From positions 124,001 to 188,000 of the forward strand of contig NW_026928756.1 in the NCBI RefSeq assembly GCF_032062105.1: a stretch of 64,000 nt of DNA. Reading direction: 5' to 3'. How positions within the stretch are numbered: position 1 is the stretch's first letter; each line of letters opens with the position of its first letter. Of this stretch, positions 13,601 to 27,249 are shown one piece after another. Made by a program: the position numbers and the translations under genes. Source of the stretch: Saccostrea cucullata (Eukaryota). The notes beneath the pieces are model-generated. The model saw only the letters and a program-made list of their open reading frames with translations. It was not told where the DNA came from and made no database searches.

Positions 13601-15963
13601 ATGCTGGAGGAGGAAGAAATGCAAAAATCGTTAGGTTTGTGAATCTTGATACATATAATAGTTTTCTATCATTTAAAAGTTATTAACCCCTCCCATATTA
13701 TTAAAAATATGTTCGACACTGTGTAAATTGAAAATTTAAAATTCTAAGTCATTATTTTGTAAGAGTGACTTGTATAACCTTAGTAATGTTTATTATTTCA
13801 TTTTTGGTACATATTAGAATAAAATGCATGTAGATGAATTATGAAAGAAATACCGCTCTGAAATCATATCCATTAGAAGACTTAGCGCTTTGAAATAATG
13901 GTACTATGATTCGATTTTAAATTACTTTTCATCCTTAAAAAAAAACAACATTGAAGTGAATAAAATGCTTTTGAATGCTATAATTTACAGTGGTAGGGGT
14001 CTCAAGTTCGTTAATTTTTTCCGTGGTTTTGGCTTGGATGAGTGTTTGGTTCTAAATAATATCTATGGAAGTAAATCGAAGCAAACTTCGAATTTTTGTA
14101 CAGAGGTTAAGTTTTGGAATGAATTAACATTTTTTTCCTGAACTTTATGTACAGAATATGACAAATGTCATTGTCCTGTAAGAATAATTTAATTTGTCCA
14201 GAATATTAACAACATATACATGTCAGTTCTGAGTCCAAAATTAGGCACGCAGGAAACTGATCAAGAAAATTTTTTTCGACCGGTGGGTGTGGAAAAACAT
14301 ATTAATGTCACTCTCAATTCTTATATTCGGTCAAATAATGAAATAAGTCCTGACAGATGTTTTGTTAAATTAAGGAGTGGACATGGAGAAAGACGTCATA
14401 ACATGTCCGGTGCCATACGGAGGGATGCTACTGTTCAATAACCTGACTCCGCATCGTAGGTAAGTAATTACATATACAGAAATTAAACAAAAATGAGGTT
14501 TTGTTGTCAAGGAAAGACGGGCTCCTGAATGTGAAAGGAAATTATTTGACAAAACAAGATTTTAAAGTTAATTAAAACTGCTTCATCAAAATATGTACTA
14601 CTAATTTTTATCGTATATTATTATTCATATACATCAAAGACATATCACTGAGTAGGAGTTGAATACTGTTTTCAATGAAAAAAGATGGTCTTAAATAAAT
14701 ATTATTAAATTCTGTTTCTCAGGAAAACTGATACCACCATTAACATAACAAAGTAAATAATCTTTATTTAAAACATACTCGTACATTAACTTATAAAAAT
14801 GAAACATACATAATAAACCATATAGATATGTTGATGTAGAAGTAGACGAATTTTTTCCACTTCTTATTAGCTTACTTTGCAATTCATTTTTCAGTCTTCC
14901 CAACATTTCTAATCAAATTCGCTGGGCACTTGATCTTCGATGGCAACGACCTGACCAGCCATATGGTTTATTCAACCTGAAGGATGGACTACTTCTGCGC
15001 AAAGACGGCAAAAACGTTGAACGAGACTGGGAGAAATTCGAGTCTGTGGACAGAACCATTGTACAAAAGAAATCCGTGGAAGGCTTTGTTGATGTTAGTA
15101 TACATTAAGCACTAAATTAAATTTATGTAACTTTAAAATATATTTATTAAAGTAAAAAAGAATGTATTCTTTAAGTCATCGAAGTTTTGAATATTACTTA
15201 ATAACTGTCAATTGTCCTCTTCGTTCCTTGTGGAGCATGGGGCTGCCACAGTCACTCTAGATCTCTACTTTTCTCTGTTTTGGACTGTGCTTTTTGCCTC
15301 ATTCTAGGTCTTTCCAATGTTTTCAAGTTCTTTTAATCCTGTTCTCCTAAACTTAATAAAAATCAGCAAACAAAATTATCAAAATGTTGCATACCTCGTA
15401 AAATCTGGTATTGTAATTTTTTTTAATTTTGAAATATGTTATACAATAAACAAAGAAGCCTATTTGTGGAATTCTCGGATTAGTTTCAATTAAATTAAAT
15501 GCACATAAAGGAAATAGAGAAATAAAATAGAAAACGTATTATTATTTATAAACAATTGCATAATTCATGTACTTAGTATTTGATAAACTAAACACTTTTG
15601 CAGTGCATTTCATCAATGTGTAACATTTAAAAAAAAATAAAGTGTGATTGTCAAAAGAGCGTAGGGTGAAAACGCCATGAAATGTCAACTTGTTTGTCTT
15701 TATCTCTTAAAAATGATTTTTTTAGAATAAAAAAATTATTATATACAATTTGTAATCTGACAACAAGCTGATTTTCTAATGTATTAAATGACACAACTTT
15801 TAAAAATCTAAACTGTGGCCTGACTTTCTATTATCCTTTTAAAAATCAGGTGATAGTTGACGAAGAATTTGACACCACAATTCAAGGTCCTTGGATGAAG
15901 AAATGGAAAATCACACATATGAATGCGCATACAGATGCGCATGACCGTGCAGAGAGGAAGTGA
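1620..15963 (+). CDS. Phytanoyl-CoA dioxygenase (PhyH) family Fe(II)/2-oxoglutarate dioxygenase, 9 coding exons, ~368 aa
   Basis: Exons 1620-1763, 7616-7736, 8014-8114, 8556-8697, 10337-10431, 13529-13634, 14375-14459, 14895-15093, 15850-15963. All introns are GT-AG with compatible phases; total 1107 nt. Motifs: 'QFFEEGYILVED', HxD 'PWHQDSGY', 'TAWIPL..T...NGGMQV', distal His 'LFNNLTPHRSLPN' and 'IRWALDLRW'. Confidence 0.9.
3665..6147. mobile_element. Non-autonomous Tc1/mariner element containing a nested HINE
   Basis: TIRs CAAGGGGTTATCAAAAAGTTC...GAACTTTTTGATAACCCCTCG, with TA on both sides. Confidence 0.85.
3798..5225 (+). mobile_element. Helentron-associated non-autonomous element (HINE/DINE-1-like), copy 1
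   Basis: T-rich insertion site, subTIRs TACGCCCGTC / GACGGGCGTA, 5' hairpin, (GTCC)n microsatellite. Homologous to 8924-10228. Confidence 0.8.
6265..7411 (+). mobile_element. HINE-type element, second family
   Basis: subTIRs GTTCCCCAAACG / CGTTTGGGGAAC, (TTA)n microsatellite, internal ~130-bp repeats, 3' hairpin GTAACGGTCCCCGTTAC, ends CTAGTT. Confidence 0.75.
8924..10228 (+). mobile_element. HINE/DINE-1-like element, copy 2
   Basis: Same termini and first ~600 bp as 3798-5225; (GTCY)n tract. Confidence 0.8.
11537..12020. mobile_element. MITE with CCC termini and 2-bp TSD (EnSpm/CACTA-like)
   Basis: AT|CCCTAATGGGA...TCCCATTAGGG|AT. Confidence 0.6.
12028..12433 (+). repeat. ~205-bp tandem duplication
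   Basis: CTTAAAATAAATGGAATTTGCATA...GTGGTGCCGTGGTAA occurs twice, head to tail. Confidence 0.9.
12415..12680 (+). mobile_element. tRNA-derived SINE (degenerate)
   Basis: A-box-like GTGGTGCCGTGGT and B-box GTTTGAATCC. The tail '...ATATGAGTGAAAAAT' resembles 17040-17110. Confidence 0.6.
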
Positions 15964-16899
15964 CGTTTGACTTGAGGATGTAGAGTGAAAGAAACATAGG
16001 TCGAAGTTGGATCTGTGATATCATCATTACAGATTGGGTCTCTATAATTATATCTGAAATATTTTCATGTTTACTTTCAAGTTATGAATTTATAATCACC
16101 ATTATTTTGTACTCATGTATTTACTTAGTGTGTAAGTGACGTGTATTATGAGTGTTTTTAAGAAAATAATATATTTATAGTTTTTTCGAATTTTTTTTTG
16201 AAAAATCTATTTTGTGTATCATCAGGGATGTATTGCAATAATGTTGATGACATTAACAATAAAATTGTATACTTCTTAAATAGATTGAAAAAGAAACAGG
16301 GTTTTTGATAGTAGTTTCAATTCTGATAATTGGACATAATTTATCATCACATTTTTATACTTGAATGTTTATTTTTATGGATTTACATTAATTTCATAGA
16401 AAAAAAACATTCCACAAATAAATGCTGCTATTTAAAATGTCAATGATTATTTTAAGTGATAATTTTTCAGTCTTTAACTGTAATTTACGGTTAATTTTAT
16501 CAATGAAAGAAGTTTTATGAGGACAGCAAATCAGCTTGACTTTTTTTCAGATTAACTGCAATGAAGAAACCATTTAATGTATTACATGCGTAAGCAAAAC
16601 CATGTGCAGATTTATTTAAGATTTATATGATGTAAGCCATGATTGTCATGATTCAAGACTTTTTGTATGTTATGTATTTTTATTTGAAATAAACAGTTTG
16701 AAGAAAACAGATCAACAAACTTTGTTACCTCCTGTATATATTTGATTTTTTTTTTTTTTTCTAATGTAAATTGTAGGTTTGAATTAAGATTCAATTTATC
16801 TTGGATACTAAAAGAAAATTTCGACTCTAAGATATTTTAAACTAGAGAGAAATATATGTAGACAGTAACTATTCTTTTACCAAGAGGTCGACACCGTGA

Positions 16900-17110
16900 A
16901 GAAGAAATTTTGGATCTTCAACGAGATCTTTTATAAAACGAGGAACTGTGTCACGAGGGTGTTGGAATGATATTAATTCCTGACTGTTAATGTCCTTGGG
17001 TGCCGACTGAAGGTTTAAATTTGAAACCCTTCTTTGGATGTGGTGTCTTCACTGTATGAGTAAAAAATTCAGATCGGGAGGGACGTTCAACAACATTCAT
17101 TCAATCAATC
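16900..17110 (+). mobile_element. Degenerate SINE 3' portion
   Basis: Tail 'GTATGAGTAAAAAATTC...GGGACGTTCAACAAC' followed by (CAAT)n; similar to the SINE at 12415. Confidence 0.45.
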
Positions 17111-18268
17111 GATCTTAATAGCGCTTCAAGACTGCTGTGACGAATTTACACGATAATTTAGATCACGTATATAGCGTAACTCAATTTATCTTACGCGGAA
17201 AGACTTTTGCGCACTTACAGTATTTTAAATAATAATGTATGCATGTCACATATATTTACAAAAACACTATAAACACCCATTAAAGGAGCATTAGAAAAAT
17301 ATGAATTTCTGACTTACATGTAGATTAAATATACATGACTTCGCATTGTGTTACACTCTTCTGTTTAAGTCCATAGTCACAACCGAAATAAAGTTTTAAA
17401 TGACCTGACAATGAAACTGACCCACTGTTACCTATCAAATATTACTAGAAAAAAATTCAGCATAATAAATCTTTCTGAAAATATTGATACACACCACGTT
17501 AAGTACCATTATATCTATCACCCCCTTTAAATTCGCTTCCTACGTGGCCACAGTATTGTCTTTTTTAATCCCTTACGACAATTTCCCAAACCTGTACACT
17601 AAAAACGTTTCGTTTAACAGTGGAACGGTAAAGAGAAGGCTCGAAAAAATTAAGGTAGGTTGAATACGACGAATAATAAATATTTATTTTAATTGATTAA
17701 TCATAATGAATGAGTTTTTGATCGAATTGTAATTAATGAATAAAATATGATTTTAAAGTGTTTTTAAAATTATTAGTAAATTGGGGGGAAAAATTTATCT
17801 ACTGAAAATATTTCATTGGCAATTTTCATATTTAAAGAAAAAAAAAATATGGACCATTCGAGTTTATTGATTAAATAACCAGAAAAGATTTTCCTGTTAA
17901 ATAAATCTAGAAGTTTAAAAAAAAAACTACTTTCCTATTCCTTCCGAGATAGTGTTATAATATTTCTTGTACATGGAGTTATTTCATAATAACTTGAAGT
18001 TGTCTTTAATACTGACATCCAAGATTATATTTATTTTGAAACTAATAGATGGATATATATATACTGATTAGAGTATTATACTGTTGTTAGAATTTATTAC
18101 ACGACGTTTGTTTACTCAGCGAATGAGCAATTTAAATCACTGACTTTTTGTTTTATTAGAATCCTCCTACGTGTAACACGCGATTTTTTTCCTTCTAGTA
18201 AATAGGTAAAATAACAAAATCTTTTAAATGAATTTAAACATGCTTTTAATTTACGCAGAGAAAACAAG

Positions 18269-20531
18269 ATGGGTTGTGGTGACTGCTGTTCGAAGTTTTT
18301 TCTTGTTGTTTTCAACATGATATTCCTGGTAAATACAAGTTCATTATTCATTTTAACACAGAACATTTACTGAAATTGCACATATAAATTACGAAAAGTT
18401 ATCGATTTTACGAATCACCCTTATATATACATTAAATAGTTATCAAAAAGCGAGTAACTAAGGTTAAAAGCATTATATTGAAATCTAACTATTTTAAAGA
18501 TTTATTTGTTTTGTAATTTCATGAATTAAAATCTCATTTTTGTTACGTCATTATATTTCCTTTAAAGCTCTTCGGAGGCGCATGTCTGGGTTTGGGAATT
18601 TTTGTCCTAGTGGACAAGAACGAGATTTTGGTCCTGACCCGCAGCGTGGATACCAGCAGTCTAGATGTACCCTCCCTCCTAGAGTCAGCCGCCTATGCCC
18701 TCATTGCTGGGGGAGGATTTATCTTCTTTGTGGCCTTCTTAGGATGCTGTGGCGCCATCTTGAAAAACAAATGCATGCTGCTTGTGGTATGTTTCATGAA
18801 GCACACATTGTGGACATGTGATATCTGTTTTGTTCTTCAAAAAAAATGATTTTCATATCAAGAAACAGATTTTTATATCTGTCATAGTTTTGTCAACTAT
18901 CATGAAAAAGCTAGAAAACTTGATACTTGATTTTTTTTTCATTAACGGTTGTGATGTCCAAACTATGGAAGTTGAAATTTCAAGTACTTAAGATATGAAA
19001 TTCTAGAGAGAGATAAAATAATTTTGTTCAATAAGAATTTTCTTATATTTTTCATATTGAATAACGCTTCCAGTACGCAGTTATTGTGGGATTGATTTTT
19101 GCTGTGGAGGCCTCGGCGTGTATCTTGGCAGTTCTTTACAAAAGTGATGTAAGTACAGTTTAAAATCAGCAAATATCACAATGAATATTATGGGGTTTTT
19201 AAATAATTTTTTTTTCAATGGCATTTTTGTGTTTGCAGTTTGACAAATACGCAAAAAGCAATCTGAACACTCTGTTGGAGACGAGATACAAAGGACCATA
19301 CGACACCTCTGACGCCATCAGCTTGGCTTTTGATCTTGCATTTATCATTGTAAGTTAGTGTAATGTTATATCCACTCTCTCATTCGGAATTTCCTCATTC
19401 CGAGGAACAAACATTGATTTAAATGTAGACAAAACATAGATAAATTAAAGAAACTACAGTGATAAATTGATTTTTTTTTCTATTAAACTCCTCGATTATG
19501 AAGTCAGCATGATAACATCCATCAATCTACTACTTTTCCCATGAAATGAATGCATCTATTTCATATTATTGAATAGATGCTTATATTTTAGAATAAATGT
19601 ATACATTGTTATATTGATGTATTTCAAATGTTACAGCTGGAATGTTGCGGAATCGAGTCCGGTTTGGAATTTAATTCTACGGTAACGAGCTGGAATACGA
19701 CGTATGTCTATGAGTCTGGGGGTAGTTATACCACAGCCACGGCGGTAATTCCGCCCACTTGCTGTGAATTCACCAACAAGGACGCTTTCCCGTCCGATCC
19801 CGTAACATTTTACAATTCCATGACAAATAGCCAGTGTCCAACCAATGCCGCCAACTCTTATTACAATCAGGTAAAATTTCACTACATACAATTCACTTTT
19901 TGTTTCGTTAATGTACAGAGATTTCTATTGTATAACTCATGTTAATTTTCATAGTCTATAAGTATAACCAAGCATGTTTAAAAAGATGAATATATGTATG
20001 TTGTAACGACATTAAACTTGTGTTATGTGCAAGTGCTTCAAATTCAGACTTGGAAATTGAAGAATTTTAATACAAATTAAGAAAAGGATGAAAATTTATG
20101 ACGTTTAAAGAAGAATACTTAGAAATAAATTTTGAATGACTTTCACTTTGATTTAGGGATGTTATGATCAACTGCAGTCAAAGTTTGAGGCATATCTTTA
20201 CATTCTTATCGGAATAGCAGCGGGCGTCGGAGCGTTAGAGGTACCCGTGTATATAATTATTTATATAGATAATTTTTATACCAGGTTCCATTATTTGTTT
20301 TGTTCAAAAGCGACATACAATACATTTGCTTGCTTCTGAATAACTAGATTCAGCTGGAAAACTTCATTTAATTTCCCAAAGGGTTTATAAACCCTATTTT
20401 GCATTTATTGAAAAGTATTAATCTAAATTATTTGATTTATTTTTTATTTTTAGTTGATTGGCATAATAGCAGCTTGCTGTTTAATGAAAAAGGATAAAGA
20501 TTCGGATATATCAGATGCAGCAAAAGCTTAA
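18269..20531 (+). CDS. Tetraspanin, 7 coding exons, ~286 aa
   Basis: Exons 18269-18328, 18568-18786, 19074-19148, 19239-19349, 19637-19870, 20157-20240, 20454-20531 (GT-AG, all phase 0, 861 nt). Four TM helices, 'FLGCCGA' after TM2, and a large loop with CCG, PxxCC and GC motifs. Probable 5'UTR exon donor near 17655. Confidence 0.95.
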
Positions 20532-21019
20532 GGGACCAGAAAGGACAGGGGACTAATTAACATTGCGCTATGTGTACCGACCAAAAGAGATTTGAGAGTG
20601 CTCTCAACAAGGAGTGACGTCACATACTGCTGAACTATAGTCTTAGCATAATTTATTTTTAAATATTTGTTATACGTTTTGTTATGCTTTACTACCTTAT
20701 TCCTGTTAACAATAAAATAATAATAATCGAAAAAATTGACGATTTTTTAAATACTTTAGGAGAGTGAGGCAATGGTTTCAATTTTGCAAATAAACATCTA
20801 ATAAAAAAAAATCGATCTTTTGGCATGCAGTTGAAAAGTTATATTCAATTTAGTTTCAATAATATATTTTTTAAAAAGTTTCCAAAAAATGTTGCAAAAA
20901 CTATAATCAAAATGTTTCAGTTGTAGTAGAAAGAATTAATTAATTAAATGTTTTGAATAAACATTTTCACTGCCTTGAATGTCTAACTAAGAACGATATT
21001 AAGAATGTTTTAAAAATAT

Positions 21020-21650
21020 GCTTTTTAGAAAAGTTCACGCATATCTTTTTGCGTCAAAACTATTTATTAAAATACAATTTTTATAACATATTGAAATTCA
21101 ACAATTTTAATGATTTAACATTCAATGAAAAAACAGTTAAAAAAAAGACTACAAAGAAGCAAGATTTATAAGGGACTATTTCTTGTGGTGGAAGGATATT
21201 GAGCAGATAATTCTGCAAATCGGCATATTTATTAAATTGAATACCTTGGAACTTTAGCCTCATATACATTTACTCGGAGAATATTTTCCGTTATGATATT
21301 GCTAGGAATATTAAATATAGGTCTTAATTTATATTTTTAGAACAAGTTTTACACCTTCCTTCAACAAACTTTGCCAAAAAATAAAGATATGTCAAATAAG
21401 TCTAGATAAGATTTATACCATTTTTCGCTGAAAATCACATATTTTGACCAATATTTCAAAATTAACATCACTGACAACAACTTCTTCTTTCCTTATTTTA
21501 AAGTACTCGATACTTGTGACTGATCAGCACTTAATTAAGTCGTGAAAGGCTTGATTTATTAAAATGATTTATTGCCTGTTTAGTTTTTACATACCCCAAA
21601 TATGTTATTTTTAGTGCAAAAAGGTCACACAATAATTTACGTGCATGATA
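21020..21650 (-). mobile_element. Truncated inverted copy of the Kolobok-like MITE at 23112-24046
   Basis: Reverse-complement similarity to 23420-24030, e.g. GCTTTTTAGAAAAGTTCACGCA and AAGTACTCGATACTTGTGACTGAT. Confidence 0.8.
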
Positions 21651-23111
21651 ATCGTCATGCATGCTGTGTCAGAAAAAAATATTCTGTAAAAATTTCATAT
21701 TCCTCTGCAGTTAATCAATGATCTGTTTCGAGGCTTGCGAGGTGCATGACAGTCGTAGTTTTAAACACAATTAACTACTCTTGTCATTAAAATAAGTAGT
21801 TGTCAGGACTGAAATGCAATAAAATTTAATCATGGCGGCTGCCGATTTTAACCATGGCGCAGCTCTTTTAACCATGGCGCACAAAAATTTATCATGGAGG
21901 GCCGCCATGGTAGAACCCCTTGTGGAGAACCCTGTGATAATAATATGATATTTGAAAGCTAATTATACTTTTTAAATCATTATCTAAAACGTTTATCAGA
22001 CATTTAAGAAAAATGTTCCTTAATCAATATTAAGAATGTTTCAAAAACATTTTGACAATGTTACTTCCAAATGTTTCAGAAACGTATTCATACAATGTTT
22101 CAGATTTATGGAAAAGGAATGTTTCATTTTAAGTTTTTAGAACGTTTTTAAAACGTAATATAAAAATCTGTAATATTTGAAAGCTTAACATACCTTTTGT
22201 ATCATTTTTAAAACGTTTCAAAAATATTTTAGAAAAATATTTCCAAAAAAGGTTTATCTTAAGCTTCTTGAAAACATTTTTAAACTGTTATAATGAGAAG
22301 AGGAAATGTTTTAAAAATATTTTTAAAATGTTTAGTCTGAAATGTTTTGAAAAAAAACCTTTTTACAACACTAATAAAATGTTTTGTGCTACCTGGGAGA
22401 ATTCAATGACATGTAATAAAACAGATTATTTTGATTACTGTAGTAGTGGAACGCACTCCAATCCAACATTGAGCATCAAATATATACAATACATGTATTG
22501 TCTATCTAAACTGATAAAATGAATAAGGTTGATTTAGTTGTATACATTGTATACCTCAGGTATATGTACCTCTGAATAGTACACGTTCCACAAATTAACG
22601 AGAACATTAAGCGAGGTCCAAAAGCTGCTAAATGCATACGGCGAGCTTAGTTTCAATAAAGTATAATACCCAGTATGTTGTGCCTACGCTTTATTACAAG
22701 ATTTTCTTTGAAGTTGCAGACTGGCTTATTCAACAAAGTCATCACCAAGATGGTAATTATTAATATAAGTCTCGTTAACATAAGAGAGGCTCTAATGAGA
22801 TACGTATGAGAAAGCATTTTCACGTGACAATACCCCAGACTTTTGAGTGTTAATTAATTTTTCATGTACATGTGATGAAAGAGTGATTTAAAATAAATGA
22901 AAGTCACAATCTAAATACCGTGTTGATTTCACTGTAAAGTAAATACAGCCTCAAAAGCTGTTGATAAAGAACAAAAAAATAATTAGTAATCGTCAACATC
23001 TAACAAATAGATCTCTATAGGTACCGTGTAACATTAGATGTATATACATCAGTTCGTTTGCTCTTGTGGAAATGTCAAAGACACACACAATTATTTTTTC
23101 CCTTTTCTGAA

Positions 23112-24046
23112 GGTATGTCACTCGTGAAATTTGTTAAATCTGAGATTTTTTTAGAAGTATATTTTGGATTAGTACTCATATAGTATGACTAAACAACGCA
23201 CAGAAAATAGTGGGTCAGTGTGCATCTTACTGAGCTACGTACGGTACAATTAAGTTGACCTTTCTGCACTTCAATTTTAACTCTTTGGTTAATTACTCGT
23301 GTTACTTTAACCGTTATCATATTTTATCAGATGTAAACATAGCAAAAAATATAATCCTATTTTACGTAAAATAGTTTGAATAATATTTATCATTGAACAA
23401 ATCTTGCAAATTAATGCGCAAAAAGCAAAAATTATTGTGTGACTCTTTTGCACTGAAAAAGTAACATATTTGGGGTATTAAAAATCTAAATAGGCATTAA
23501 AATATTTTCTTATATAATTTTTTTACGACTTAAGTGATAATCAGTCACAAGTATCGAGTACTTTAAATAATGAAAGAAAAAGTAGGGGTCAGTGATGTTA
23601 ATTTTGAAATATTGGTCAAAATATGTGATTTTCAGGCAAAAAACTTTATCTTGACTTCTTTTACATATCTTCATTTCTCGGCGAAGTTTGCTGAGGGAAG
23701 TTGTAAAATTTGTTTTAAATTATGAATTGAGACCTATATTAAAAGTAACTAGCATATCATAACGGGAAATATTCTCCGAGTAAAAGTATGTGAGGCTAAA
23801 GTTCCAAGATCTAAAATTTAATAAATGTGCAGAATTGCAGAATTTTCTGCTAAATATCCTTCCACCACAAGAAACAGTCCCCAATAAATTTTGCTTCTTT
23901 GTGGATTTTTGAGCAGTTTTTTCACTGAACGTAGAACAATTTACATTGTTGAATTTCAATATGTTATAAAAATTGAATTAGAATAAATAGTTCTGAAGTA
24001 AGAGGTTCTGCGTGAACTTTTCTAAAAAGCTGACGAGTGACATACC
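23112..24046. mobile_element. Kolobok-like non-autonomous DNA transposon
   Basis: TIRs GGTATGTCACTCGT...ACGAGTGACATACC; TTAA on the right, TGAA on the left. Confidence 0.7.
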
Positions 24047-24357
24047 TTAAGCTTGAATAAACAAAGGAAAGGACAGAATGCTTTGATAATTTTTTGAGAT
24101 TTGATTAAGTTCATATTCTTGGCACACATACTGTACGTTTTGGAGATACTTCACTAAGTGTTGCTGAAAATGAGTAATGAGTATATTTTTTCCAGTGCAT
24201 ATTCATGTATTTAGCATTCTGGTGGTTTTAAATATTGCACTGTAATTCTTGTGTACTAGAATGGTACTTTAGTGATTTTCTCGCAGTTTATAAATCAATA
24301 TTGTGAGTTAATCGAATTATTTTTAAAACTCTGTAACTCAAAACTCAAACGTTAGAC

Positions 24358-24746
24358 TTTTTAGGTCACCTGTGTAAACTCTGGTGACCTATTGCTATCC
24401 GTTTTCGTCCGTCGTCCATCGTCCGTCATGTGTTAATATTTGAACATTTTCAGCTTCTTTGCAACCGCTCAACTATTTCAACCAATTTCGGCACAAAGTA
24501 TCTATGGGTGAATGGAACAAAAATTGTGAATTTCATGGCCCCTGCCCCCTTGGGGCTAGAGGGGTGGGACCAAAACCACTAAAATTAATGCAATCTTTAA
24601 AAATCTTCTTTACTCCTGGACATCAAGCAGTCAAACTGTTGGCATGATTGTAATTAATATTGCGTCCTCTACCAAAATTGTTAAATTCATGGCCCTGGGG
24701 ACAAAGGGTTATAGTACTAGGTCAGGGCTATATAGATTATATAATG

Positions 24747-24780
<34 letters not shown>

Positions 24781-25474
24781 TGGGTATTAAATAAACTAAA
24801 TAGGTACATACCCGTATAACGGGTATTTTTTACGTGCTGCTAATTTTTACGAGTTTTATAAATCCGTAAAATTTAAACGCGTAAAATTTCACATAATTTA
24901 TAAAACGGCTCGTGTAAATTTTCAACATCGTATGTGTAAAAGTAATGCTAATTGTCATTAAGCCCACTCCCTGGAGGCTACATAATTAGTGTACTGTTGG
25001 TATTTAGAATTTTGAATCATCAATTGGGATGAAACAGGTAAGTCTCAATTAACTTGTATAAATTATACAAACATCGTCAATTAATTAATCAGTTAGACCT
25101 ACCTGGTTACTCTTTTTTAAAAGTATTTTTACGAGACACATAACTTCTGATAATCATAATGACTTAATAATTACAGGTCTTCCAATTATACCCGTGTTTT
25201 CAATCTCTGACACTTTCGTCTGTTTCATGTGCTTTGAATAAAATTTCTCGACTTCTTAATTCACTGTACATGTATACATTCACTTCAATTATGATAGTTT
25301 GAGCTGTCTCTCTTTGTTTTTGGTAAATACCAGACGAGCACGTGATGTGCCTAGACATGTGTTTTATAAAACACGAATAAATGAAGGGTACATTGTTCAT
25401 GTATATAAAGGTAAATGATTAAAAAATATATACAAAATGTAATTTGTTGCATTGTTTATATTGTTATAATTTAA

Positions 25475-25513
<39 letters not shown>

Positions 25514-26849
25514 TCGGGTTTTCGGACACAATATTTTTACGTAAACGCATTCAAAGTGCTAACAATCAGTGATATGGAATTTTACATCATTCTGATGATT
25601 TTAATTTTTACGGACTTGTTCAATTTGTAAAAAAATTAACGCGTAAAAATTTAAATCACCCTTTTTTGACCAAAATTTGTTAAAATTTACAGCAGTAAAA
25701 ATTACCCGTCATACGGTAGTTATGATGAGCAAGAGTGCCTCTTACAAAATTGTGAATTTTATGGCTCCAGGGTGAAGGGTTCTGGTGTTAGGGGACTCTT
25801 TTAATAATATATTTGTGAGAATGCATTAATTCTTTGAAAGACTTTTTCTCTGCTCCTGGGTATTGAATAAACTAACTAAGTACATAGTTATGATGAGTAA
25901 GAGTGCCTCTTCCAAAATTGTGAATTTTTTTGCTCCAGGATCAGGGGTTCTGGTGTTAGAGAATGGCTCTATTGATTATATAGTGAAAATGCATTAATTC
26001 TTTGAAAATCTTCTTCTCAGCTCTTGGGTATCAAATAAACTAACTAATACATAGTTATGATGAGCAAGAGTGCCTCTTCCAAAGCTGTGAATTTTATGGC
26101 CCCTGGGTTGGAGGTTTTGGTGTTAGGACGGGGCTCTATTGATTATATATTGAAAATGCATTAATTCTTTGAGAGTCTTCTTCTCTGCTCCTAGGAATTA
26201 AATAGACTAACCAAGTACATAGTTATGATGAGCAAGAATGCCTCTACCAAAATTGTGAATTTCATGGCTCCAGGATCAGGAGTTCTGGTATTAGGGCGGG
26301 GCTCTATTGATTATATAGTGAAAATGCATTAATTCTTTGAAAAACTTCTTCTCTGCTCCTTGGTATTGAGCAGATGAAGTACTTATATAGTTATGATGAG
26401 CAAGGACACTTCTTCCAGAATTGTGAATTTCAAGGCCCCAGATTCAGGGGTCCCATGGGGGGGGGGGCTCTTCTTATATACTGAAAATGAATTAATTGAT
26501 TGAAATCTGCTCCTTGGTATTAACCAAACAATAATTTGATAAGCAAGGGTGCCTTTTTAAAAGTTGTGCAATGTATGGACCAAGGGTCAGGGGTTTATGT
26601 GTGGTAGGGGCACTACTGATTATTGCTGAATATTACTGATTATAGTTGAAATGCGTTTTTGTTCCCCTACCCTGCCTATGGGTATAAAGTAACCAAACTA
26701 AGCAATTGCTAAGAGTATAGTTATGATGAGCAATGGTGCCTCTTTCAAAATTGTGAATGCCATAGCATCTAGCTTAAAACATGAACCAAATTCAATCACA
26801 GTTGTTGTATGTTGCTCAGGTGACCTAAAAGGCCCATACGCCTCTTGTT
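24358..26849 (+). mobile_element. HINE carrying an internal array of ~167-bp satellite units (Cg170-like)
   Basis: subTIRs AGGTCACCTG / CAGGTGACCT, (CGTC)n tract, 3' end GGCCCAT..GCCTCTTGTT. Units 'ATAGTTATGATGAGCAAGAGTGCCTC...' start near 25718, 25884, 26052, 26220 and 26388. Confidence 0.85.
24811..25716. mobile_element. TA-TSD MITE inserted into a satellite unit
   Basis: TIRs CCGTATAACGGGTA...TACCCGTCATACGG. It splits the unit GTACATA|GTTATG with TA duplicated, and contains (CT)n near 25480-25508. Confidence 0.8.
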
Positions 26850-27232
26850 ATATAGGGATTCAAATTTGTTCTGGGGGTAGGGCGGAGCCACAATGGACGA
26901 TCAAAGTTTTACATAAGAAATATAGGAAAAATCTTTGAAAATCCTCTCCTTGAGAACTGCAAAGCCATAATTGGTCATAGTTATATGGAAATATCCTCAG
27001 GTGGTGTAAATTCAAATTATGATCCCCGGGGATAGGACAGGGTCACAATGGACGATCAAAGTTTTTCATAGATTCAAGTTTACATAGATTCAAGTTTGTT
27101 CAAATCATACCTCCAACTCATTTTAGAATCGGGACCACTTATTCATTTACTGAATTTATTTTTGCTTTTTTTTTTCCCTAGCTAGTAGCTACACTGCTAA
27201 GGTGAGCGATATTGCACAAGGACCTCTTGTTT
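26850..27232 (+). mobile_element. 3' fragment of another HINE
   Basis: Ends AGGTGAGCGAT..GCACAAGGACCTCTTGTT; has internal short duplications. Confidence 0.55.
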
Positions 27233-27249
27233 CTTTAGATAGCATTTTA

